A DNA stretch of 47,466 nt from Acidobacteriota bacterium (GTDB lineage Bacteria > Acidobacteriota > UBA890). Under the pieces are notes generated by a model. That model did not search any database, was not told the DNA's origin, and saw only the letters and a program-made list of their open reading frames with translations. Where the stretch lies: contig JASFRZ010000001.1 of assembly GCA_050114655.1 (NCBI GenBank), positions 1 to 47,466 on the forward strand. Reading direction: 5' to 3'. Position numbers and translations under genes: made by a program. Of this stretch, positions 18,005 through 25,577 are shown in pieces; the stretch's first letter is position 1, and every line of letters begins with the position of its first letter.

Positions 18005-18775
18005 TCAGATCTCGTCGACGAAGCCGGGCTCCAGACGATGAAAGGTCAACCAGCCGAGCAAGAGAACGGCCGCCGTCTCGACAATGAGCGCCAGTATCGG
18101 CTGCCACAGCACCTCTCCTCCCAGGAACGCGGTGCGGTAAAGGCTCACCAGCCCGGTCATCGGATTGGCGTTGATGGCCCAGCGAAACCTGTCCGGCACA
18201 AGAGCCACCGGGTACACCACGGGGGTGAGGTAGAACCACGTATTCATCGCCAACCCGATTCCCCGGCGGACGTCACGCGCGTAGACCTGGACGGCGCTCG
18301 CCGGCAGCGCGATGCCCACCGCGAGGAGCGCCTGTAACGGCATGGCGAGCAGCAGCAACGCCAGGTTCCACACCGCCAGGCCGCCGACGACGAGCAGAAC
18401 GGCGACGAAGATCAACGCCGCGATAGCGCCATGAACAACCTCCCCGAGAACCGCAGCGACGACGAACAAGGAGGCCGGGAAACGATGGTTCTTGATCATC
18501 GCGGCGCTGTCGACGATCGCCGTCGTGGCGCGTTCTGCGCCATTGCGCAATGGTGACCAGGCAATGAGTCCGGCGAACAGGAAGATCGGGAAGCTGTCGG
18601 TCGCCTCCCCCGGAAGACCCACTCGCAGTACGAGCGAGAAGACGAAGGTGAACAGCAGCAACTGCCAGGCCGGCTCCACGAACGACCACAACAATCCCAG
18701 CGCCGAACCCCGGTAGCGCTGCTCGATGTCGCGGCGCACCAACTCCACGAGAAGAAACCGGTTGCGGTCGATCAT
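18005..18775 (-). CDS. wzm: ABC-2 type polysaccharide exporter permease (Wzm-like)
   Basis: LLVELVRRDIEQRYRGSALGLLWSFVEPAWQLLLFTFVF is the ABC-2 permease N-terminal signature. About 6 TM spans. ATGA overlap with the upstream gene. Confidence 0.88.
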   Translation of the reverse strand: MIDRNRFLLVELVRRDIEQRYRGSALGLLWSFVEPAWQLLLFTFVFSLVLRVGLPGEATDSFPIFLFAGLIAWSPLRNGAERATTAIVDSAAMIKNHRFPASLFVVAAVLGEVVHGAIAALIFVAVLLVVGGLAVWNLALLLLAMPLQALLAVGIALPASAVQVYARDVRRGIGLAMNTWFYLTPVVYPVALVPDRFRWAINANPMTGLVSLYRTAFLGGEVLWQPILALIVETAAVLLLGWLTFHRLEPGFVDEI

Positions 18776-20379
18776 CCGTCACCGCTCTCGTGGGGCAATC
18801 GATGAACCTGCGCCAGCAGCGTGCGCAACTGCTCGGCGTGCGTCGATGCCTCGGCGCGCAACGCATTTACCGCTTCCGCGAGCTCGTTGGGGCCGAGCCG
18901 ATCGGAGTGCTTGGCGTAGATGCGCGCGCGGCCTGCTCGAAAGTCAGCTCGCGCTTGCGGGTCAGAGCCGAACACATGCGACGCGTCGCCACGAAAGTGG
19001 CGATACTCGCAGGTGGCGGCCGGCAGGTGCTCGAAGCGCGTGCGCGTCGACAGGCGGATCAGATAGTCCCAGTCCTCGAAGAACGGCAGAGACTCGTCGA
19101 ACGGGCCGATCTCGGCGGCCAGATCGCGTTTCATCAGCACCGTGTTGAAGGGGATGTAGTTGTCGAGCACCAGACGCGCGCCGTCGTAATCGCGGCTGTA
19201 GGGCAGTCGGCGCGCGACGCATTGCCACTCGCCGCCGTCGGTGCGCTCGTATACGCCCACCGCCGCGTCGCTGTAGACGACCGGGCAGGCGGTCTCCCGT
19301 GCCAGGTCGACGAGGCGCGCGAGGTGCTCCGGGAAGAAGAGGTCGTCGTCGTCGAGAAAACAGACGTAGTCGCCCGTCGCCACGGCGAGACCTGCCTGCG
19401 CCGCCGCGGCTGGGCCGCCGCTCTCGGTCGAGGTGTGACAAACGATGGGGAAGGGAAACGACGGTGGCAGCTCGGGGGGCTCGCCGCCGTCGTTGACCAC
19501 GACCACCTCCACTGCGCGGTAGGTCCCCCCCGCGATGCTGGCGAGCGCCTCGGCAAGCTTGCGTGGACGGTCTCGCGTGCGCACGATCACCGAAACGAGA
19601 GGCCCCTCCTGGACCGGCGGCTTATCCACGATGCCGCCCAGGTGTTCCACGAGTTGCATCGCGCTGTGGGTGACGAACTCGTCCAGCGAAAGCGTTCGGT
19701 ACGCCTCGGCGGCGCGCACCGCCGGCGACAACCCGAGAGTGCGGTAACGCCGCAGGCCGAGTGCGGCGGCCGCGTAATCGTGCAGTTCGGCCTGGCTGGC
19801 GTACAACGCAACCAGGGCCGCCACCTCGTTCACTTCTGCTCCGACGTCGACGAGCACGTCCGGATGGAGGAGGCGATTGACCTCGTAGGTCAGGATGCGC
19901 ATCGGAGCGACGAGGTCGTAGAGCGGCTGTCCCTGGCGCACCGGGGCGAGGGTTCGATGCAGCGCCAGGAAGGCGGCACGATGATCGCCGGTGATCTCGG
20001 TGGGCGATGGAACCAGCAAAAGGTCGGGGCGGAAGGCAGCAAGCTGCTCGCCGATGCCCACGGCGATCTCCATGAGGTGAGCGAGGAGATCGCCATCCGG
20101 CAGATCGAGCTCATGGAACGACTCGATCCCCAGTCGATCGGCGACCGTGGCAGCCTCCTTGCGCCGCCGTGCGGCGTAGCCTTGACGATCCCCGACTTCC
20201 TCGACGCCGCCGGCGGCGTCGCTCAAGAACAACACCCGCACCACGCAACCGCCGCGGATGAGCTGTCGCAGCAGCCCGCCGCAGCCAAGTACCTCGTCGT
20301 CGAAATGGGGGGCAATGACGAGGGCGCGCCGGGCACGAATCCGACTCACCGTGCCGGGGGGCGGACTGAACCTCGTCAT
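18772..20379 (-). CDS. Fusion protein: N-terminal PIG-L/LmbE-family de-N-acetylase plus C-terminal GT2 glycosyltransferase
   Basis: ATG at 20379 is preceded by AGGAGA (the TTG at 20409 in the track is less likely). ALVIAPHFDDEVLGCGG...SPTEITGDHRAAF is the PIG-L zinc-site pattern. Then LVSVIVRTRDRPRKLAEALASI...VVVVNDGGEPPE...VCFLDDDD is a GT2 domain. Confidence 0.85.
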   Translation of the reverse strand: MTRFSPPPGTVSRIRARRALVIAPHFDDEVLGCGGLLRQLIRGGCVVRVLFLSDAAGGVEEVGDRQGYAARRRKEAATVADRLGIESFHELDLPDGDLLAHLMEIAVGIGEQLAAFRPDLLLVPSPTEITGDHRAAFLALHRTLAPVRQGQPLYDLVAPMRILTYEVNRLLHPDVLVDVGAEVNEVAALVALYASQAELHDYAAAALGLRRYRTLGLSPAVRAAEAYRTLSLDEFVTHSAMQLVEHLGGIVDKPPVQEGPLVSVIVRTRDRPRKLAEALASIAGGTYRAVEVVVVNDGGEPPELPPSFPFPIVCHTSTESGGPAAAAQAGLAVATGDYVCFLDDDDLFFPEHLARLVDLARETACPVVYSDAAVGVYERTDGGEWQCVARRLPYSRDYDGARLVLDNYIPFNTVLMKRDLAAEIGPFDESLPFFEDWDYLIRLSTRTRFEHLPAATCEYRHFRGDASHVFGSDPQARADFRAGRARIYAKHSDRLGPNELAEAVNALRAEASTHAEQLRTLLAQVHRLPHESGDG

Positions 20380-20497
20380 GCGACGTCTCCTGGCGAACCG
20401 GATGCGCAAAATGCCTGGTCCCGCCTGCTAGCCTATCTTCTCGAACCGGACCGCGCACCAAGGTCGGAGCGCCTCCGCCGGCCGCAACGGAGCCCTC

Positions 20498-21526
20498 TTG
20501 CCCGACGTTTCCATCCGCAGCTATCGCGACGGCGATGAGCAGGCCATTCTCGACCTGTTTCACCGTCGCTTCCATCCCGATCGCACGCTCGATCACTGGA
20601 GGTGGAAGTTCCGCAACCACCCTCGAGGAGAGGGGCTGGCCAGCCTCGCCCTCGACGAGCACGGTGCCCTGGTCGCGCATTCCGCCGGGTATCCGGCGCT
20701 CCTTGTCGATGCCCGGCAGCCACCGTCAAGCAGCCGGTCAGACGGGACACGGACCCTCCGATGTCTGCAAGTCGGCGACGTGATGGCCGATCCGACGGCA
20801 CCCCGCGGCGGCCTGGGTGCCAGCTTGTCCGCATCGACGTTGCGCCACCTGTTCGAGCAGGCGCGTGCCGCCGGCATGCAGTTCACCTATGGCACCGCCG
20901 GGGCGAAGTCCGACCGTTTTTACCTGCGCAGCGTGCAGCGGCAGCTGCTCGGGCCGGCTGCCTATCGGTCGTGCGACGCCCAGCGTCTCGCGAAGCGCCT
21001 GCGCCGCACCCGGCCGCACCGTGCTCATCTGAGCGTCGAGACAGTCGACCGGGCACGATCGGAGATGGACCGGCTCTTTGCCCGGGTGGCGGCAAGCTAC
21101 GGGGTCCTGACGCTGCGCGACGCAGCCTACCTGGACTGGCGCTATGGCCGCTGCCCCGATCGGGTGCACCGCGTATACGCGGCCCGGTCGACGAATCGGC
21201 TCATGGGCTGGGCGACCTTCAGGCACATCGGATCGTCGCTCGTCTGGGGCGACGCACTCGTCGACCCGGACTGTCCCCGCGCCGCGGCCGCCCTACTCGA
21301 CGCCGCGTTCAGGGACCGCGGGACAGACGCCGTCGAAACGGTCGAAGCGTGGTTTCCACAACAGCCGCGATGGTGGGACCGGCAGCTCGAAGAGCTCGGC
21401 TTCGAGTCCCGACCGGAGCCGCAGGGGTTGCGCGTGGTCTACGTCTGCGTCGGTGCCGAGGCGGTCGACGAAAAGGCGCTCATCGAGCGCCTCTACTACA
21501 CCAAGGGCGACACCGATCTCTTCTAG
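20498..21526 (+). CDS. Two-domain GNAT-family N-acyltransferase
   Basis: TTG start with GGAG 5 nt upstream. IRSYRDGDEQAILDLFHRRFHPDRTLDHWRWKFRNHP...ALDEHGALVAHSAG is a GNAT N-terminal pattern, followed by a second GNAT-like half ending YYTKGDTDLF. Confidence 0.7.
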   Translation: MPDVSIRSYRDGDEQAILDLFHRRFHPDRTLDHWRWKFRNHPRGEGLASLALDEHGALVAHSAGYPALLVDARQPPSSSRSDGTRTLRCLQVGDVMADPTAPRGGLGASLSASTLRHLFEQARAAGMQFTYGTAGAKSDRFYLRSVQRQLLGPAAYRSCDAQRLAKRLRRTRPHRAHLSVETVDRARSEMDRLFARVAASYGVLTLRDAAYLDWRYGRCPDRVHRVYAARSTNRLMGWATFRHIGSSLVWGDALVDPDCPRAAAALLDAAFRDRGTDAVETVEAWFPQQPRWWDRQLEELGFESRPEPQGLRVVYVCVGAEAVDEKALIERLYYTKGDTDLF

Positions 21527-22665
21527 CGTTCTGTCGGAGCAACGGGCGGGGCACCACGCCGGGTCACGTCGCCGACGCTGAAGGGAACGCGCAGCAGCTC
21601 GCGCCCCGTATCGGAGACCGTCTGCAAGGTATATCGGCCCGGCGGTAGCGTTCGCCAGATGGAGCGCGGCACCGCCCAAAACGACGACGCCCCGTCGAGC
21701 CGCGCACTCGCGGCCGGAAACCCCGTGTCCCCGGGGGCCAGCTCCACCCAGGCGGCGAGCCCGCCATCCGCGGCGAGGCACGGCACCGACGGAGGCTCGG
21801 CGATCGCTGCGGGCGGCTCGCCCATTGTCTGCGCGGCACGGCGCCCGACGATCGCCAATCGATCGAGCAGCCGGCGGCCAGCGGGCGAGAAGTGGCGCAT
21901 GCGGAAACGCCTCTCGGACTCCATGAACCAGCTCTCGGCCAGTGGTTCGCGGGCGGCGCTGCGGGCGTACCGGTGCACGGCCTCGGCGCGAGGCTCGTAG
22001 AGTGCCGGCAGGCCGGCCTTACGCAAGCGCTGCAGCCAATCGGTTTCCTCGAAGTACAGACGATAGCCCTCGTCGAACCGCCCGACCCGCTCCCATGCGT
22101 CGCGTGACACGGCGAGGAGGCCGCCGCTGAGGTCATGGCTCGCCAGCGCCTCGGTGGCCCGCCAGTGGCGCATCGCGTGTGCCCGCCATCGACGACGGGC
22201 TCGGCGCGCCCAGGCTCGGGAGCGGGAGGCGAGTGCGCGGAAGCCCTCGTCCATCAGCGCACGCCGCTCGGTGGGCGGCAGCAACATCGTGCAGTCGTCG
22301 TCCCACCAGAAACGAGGCCCCGCAGCTGCGGCACCGTCGCGAAGCAGGCCGACCAATCGGGGAAGGCATCCACGACGTACCAGGACGTCCGGGTTCATGA
22401 ACACGAGCAGCTCGGCATCGGTGCGCGAAACGCCGAGATTCACGGCGCCGGCGTAGCCGAGATTCTCGCCCGGCCGCACGATCGCCGCATCGAGCGACGA
22501 CAGCAACGCCCGATCCTCGGGTGCGCTGCCGTTATCGACGATGATCGATTCGACGTCGACTTCGAGATCGGCGGTATCTGCGCCGACCGCCGCAAGCGCC
22601 TGCTGCGCCAGCTCCGGCGTATAGTAGTGAACCAGAATGATCGCGAGCTTCAGTCGTGGTGCCAC
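21523..22665 (-). CDS. GT2 family glycosyltransferase with ~100 aa C-terminal extension
   Basis: GTG at 22665 gives V-APRLKLAIILVHYYTPELAQQALAAV...SIIVDNGSAPED...NLGYAGAVNLG...LVFMNPDV. Upstream ATGs at 22788 and 22803 are alternatives. The TAG stop shares CTAG with the convergent GNAT stop. Confidence 0.8.
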   Translation of the reverse strand: MAPRLKLAIILVHYYTPELAQQALAAVGADTADLEVDVESIIVDNGSAPEDRALLSSLDAAIVRPGENLGYAGAVNLGVSRTDAELLVFMNPDVLVRRGCLPRLVGLLRDGAAAAGPRFWWDDDCTMLLPPTERRALMDEGFRALASRSRAWARRARRRWRAHAMRHWRATEALASHDLSGGLLAVSRDAWERVGRFDEGYRLYFEETDWLQRLRKAGLPALYEPRAEAVHRYARSAAREPLAESWFMESERRFRMRHFSPAGRRLLDRLAIVGRRAAQTMGEPPAAIAEPPSVPCLAADGGLAAWVELAPGDTGFPAASARLDGASSFWAVPRSIWRTLPPGRYTLQTVSDTGRELLRVPFSVGDVTRRGAPPVAPTER

Positions 22666-25432
22666 TCTCGAAACCGACAGTTCCTCCCCGGGAAGTCCAT
22701 CGAGTCTAACGCCCCGAACGGCCGGTGAAGCAGGCCTCCTGCGCAAGATCGCCTTGGCCGTGGCCTTGCTGGCCGGTGGGGCCTGCATCGGCACCGGGCG
22801 CATCGAGCGGACAGTGGGTCGCGTGATAGCCGACGCCTCCGCCGCCCCGTTCGACCTATCAACCGTCGGGGCGCCCGCCGAGTTGTTTTCCTGGACATTC
22901 GAACGGCCCGGCGCGCTGGACGAATGGCAGCTGGTCAACGCTGACCGCGTGGCCCGCATCGAGGATGGCGGGCTGGTCATCGAATCGTCGGGCAACGACC
23001 CGCAGATCGTACGGGCAACGGACCTGAACGCCGATTCGATCGAGACACTCGAGTTCCTCATCTCCGGGCCCGTCGAGGGCAACCTGAGGGTGTACTGGGC
23101 TCGCACGGGGGAAGAGTTCAGCGAGGAGCGCGCCGTCACCGCGCCACGCTACGGCTCCGCGGATGCCGACGCGTCGGCCGACCTGCACACGGTCCGCTTG
23201 CCCATCAATCAGCACTTCAACTGGCATGGGCAGGTCCGTTTCCTGCGCATCGATCCCACGGATCATCCGGGCGAGCGCGTTCGCATTGTCGGCATCCGGG
23301 GTTACGGCCTGGTGGCGCAGCCGGATCGTATTCGCGCAGCGGCCGGAAAAGCCTGGGGAGTCACGCTCGCCGACGATCATCGGCCGGCCTTACTGGCGGG
23401 CTTCGATGAACCGATCGAGCGCAGCGTGATGGTCCCGAGCGGCGGAATGCTGCGCTTCGCGTATGGGGTGAAATGCGTGCACAGCGGCGCTGCGCCGCGG
23501 ACTCCGGCTCACCTCCAGATCCTCGCAACGACACCGGGTGAAGCAGCGCGCCCGGTTTTCGATCGGGTCATCGATGCCGGTACCGGGGTCAATGCTGCAC
23601 CGTACGGCGGCTGGCGGGACGGGGAGGCGCAACTGCCCGCAGGCGATCGGGTCTTGCTCACGTTCCGCGTCGACCCGGCCTCGCAGGTGGACGTCGCCTG
23701 TCTTGCGGCGTGGGCGAATCCCGTCGTCGTGGCAAGGTCATCCGCCCCCCCACCGCCCAACGTCATCGTGATCTCCATCGACACACTGCGCTCCGACCGC
23801 ATATCGCTCTACGGCAGTCGACCCGGTCTGACGCCCGAGGTCGACGCGTGGGCGCGTCGTCGCGGCGTCGCTTTCCCCAACACCATCGTCGCCGCGCCCT
23901 GGACGCTGCCGTCACATGTGTCGATGCTCACCGGGCTCGACGCACTGACCCACGGAGTCAACCACGATCAAAGTGCCCCCGCGCAGCTGCGATTCCTGGC
24001 CGAGCGCCTGCGGGCCGCCGACTACAGCACCGTTGCCTTCACCGGCGGCGGTTATCTGGACCCGCGATTCGGCGTCGCGCAGGGCTTCGATCGCTTCATC
24101 GGCTGGTCCGGAAATCTCGCCGGCGAAGACGAGCTGGTCAGCAACATGGATCGCTTTCTGGATTGGCTGCGAAGCTCCACCACGCGGCCGTTCTTCGCCT
24201 TCTTCCATACCTACGAGGTGCACGAGCCCTACCTGCCTCGTCAGCCGTACTTCGAGGACACCTACTCGGGGTCGGTTGCTGACCGCGCCGGGGACGTCGG
24301 CCGTGCGTTGCGCGAACCACCCGGTGATGCCCTGGAGCCGCCGTTCGATTGGCGTCCGGCCTGGCAAAGCGAGCCTGATGCGCCGACCACTCCGGAGTTC
24401 CTCGACCTCCTCAACGCCCTGTACGACAGCGGCGTGAGCTACACCGACGCCGCAATCGGACGCCTGTTGCGCGAGCTCGAGAACCTCGGCCTGGAGGACG
24501 ACACGATCGTGATTCTGACCTCCGATCACGGTGAAACGCTCGGCGAAGAAGGGAACGTCGGCCACGGCTATCTTTCGAACGACAACCTCGTCGTGCCGCT
24601 CATCATCGCCGCGCCCGGCGTGGGTGGTGGCAGTGTGAATCCGGAGAGAGTCCGTTCCATCGACATCGTGCCCACCATTCTCGAGCTGACGGGCGTGGAG
24701 GCCGATGGAATGGACGGCGCATCGCTCGTACCGCTGCTCGACGGCCGCCCCTTCGTCTCGGAAGACGCGTGGAGCTACTCCTCGAGCTGGGGAGTCTCGC
24801 TGCGTCTCACCGACGCCACCGAGTACATCTTCGACCCCACTCCCTGGTACCCGCGTCATGGACGCGAGCGCGCGTACGAGCTCCTGCCGGGAGAGCCCGA
24901 GACTCGCGCTCCGGCAGCAGCGGGGACGCCGGACACTACCCTCCGGCGGCGGGTCGTCGATCGGCTCCAGGCAATGCCCGGCCTCGATGTACGCTTCACC
25001 AACCGTGGTGATCAACCGTTCAGCGGGGCGCTCCATCAGGCCGATCGCCCTCTCAATCCTCTCAAGATCAAGACGCCGCAGTTGCCGCTACCGTGCGACT
25101 GCCTGCGCTGGGGAGCGGACGGATCGGTGCAGTTCACCGTCCCCGCCGGCACCAGCTACTCGATCCGATTGCAGGGCATCCACCCGGACGACCTGGTTTT
25201 CGAGGGAACTCTTGACGGCAGGGGATTCGACGCACACATCTCGCCGTACGAGATTCAATCGGTGCATTCGCTTTCCCTCACCGGACCCGGGGCGCAGTTT
25301 GTCGACGGGGGCCTGTCCGGGGACATCGGCATCAGTGTGGACCGGACCAGCTTGCAGGGCGTCGACAGTGCGTCGACGCCGACAGACCCCGAGCTCCTGC
25401 GCCGGTTGCGTGCCCTCGGGTACCTGCGCTGA
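22637..25432 (+). CDS. Alkaline-phosphatase-superfamily (sulfatase/NPP-like) hydrolase or transferase with Thr nucleophile motif, flanked by N- and C-terminal non-catalytic domains
   Basis: VIVISIDTLRSDRISLYG (metal-site Asp), APWTLPSHVSMLTGLDALTHGV and VILTSDHGE. The nucleophile motif has T where sulfatases have C/S-x-P-x-R, and closely parallels the NPP motif T-F-P-N-H-Y-S-I-V-T-G-L-x-P-x-x-H-G. Hydrophobic LRKIALAVALLAGGACIG suggests export or a lipoprotein. Ends ...LRRLRALGYLR. The start is uncertain: ATG 22637 overlaps the divergent GT2 start. Confidence 0.8.
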   Translation: MIASFSRGATLETDSSSPGSPSSLTPRTAGEAGLLRKIALAVALLAGGACIGTGRIERTVGRVIADASAAPFDLSTVGAPAELFSWTFERPGALDEWQLVNADRVARIEDGGLVIESSGNDPQIVRATDLNADSIETLEFLISGPVEGNLRVYWARTGEEFSEERAVTAPRYGSADADASADLHTVRLPINQHFNWHGQVRFLRIDPTDHPGERVRIVGIRGYGLVAQPDRIRAAAGKAWGVTLADDHRPALLAGFDEPIERSVMVPSGGMLRFAYGVKCVHSGAAPRTPAHLQILATTPGEAARPVFDRVIDAGTGVNAAPYGGWRDGEAQLPAGDRVLLTFRVDPASQVDVACLAAWANPVVVARSSAPPPPNVIVISIDTLRSDRISLYGSRPGLTPEVDAWARRRGVAFPNTIVAAPWTLPSHVSMLTGLDALTHGVNHDQSAPAQLRFLAERLRAADYSTVAFTGGGYLDPRFGVAQGFDRFIGWSGNLAGEDELVSNMDRFLDWLRSSTTRPFFAFFHTYEVHEPYLPRQPYFEDTYSGSVADRAGDVGRALREPPGDALEPPFDWRPAWQSEPDAPTTPEFLDLLNALYDSGVSYTDAAIGRLLRELENLGLEDDTIVILTSDHGETLGEEGNVGHGYLSNDNLVVPLIIAAPGVGGGSVNPERVRSIDIVPTILELTGVEADGMDGASLVPLLDGRPFVSEDAWSYSSSWGVSLRLTDATEYIFDPTPWYPRHGRERAYELLPGEPETRAPAAAGTPDTTLRRRVVDRLQAMPGLDVRFTNRGDQPFSGALHQADRPLNPLKIKTPQLPLPCDCLRWGADGSVQFTVPAGTSYSIRLQGIHPDDLVFEGTLDGRGFDAHISPYEIQSVHSLSLTGPGAQFVDGGLSGDIGISVDRTSLQGVDSASTPTDPELLRRLRALGYLR

Positions 25433-25475
25433 TACCAAGGTCGCTCTCGCTGGAGACGGTCCTGCCGCGGCCAGC

Positions 25476-25503
25476 TTGAGGCCCCCGACCCGTCGCCTAT
25501 ACT
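25476..25503 (+). promoter_or_regulatory. Sigma70-like promoter candidate upstream of fbp
   Basis: TTGAGG (25476-25481), a 16-nt spacer, then TATACT (25498-25503), ~75 nt upstream of the fbp ATG. Based on pattern only. Confidence 0.3.
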
Positions 25504-25577
25504 GCCTGTGGATACCCTCTGCAACGCTGCCCTTCGTGGCCGGAGGAGCGACTGCTCCCGGTCGACACCGAGGCTCG

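Noticed and set aside
18790-20538. 582 aa + ORF
   Set aside because: It is antisense to the PIG-L-GT2 fusion (clear PHFDDE and GT2 motifs on the minus strand) and has no motifs of its own.
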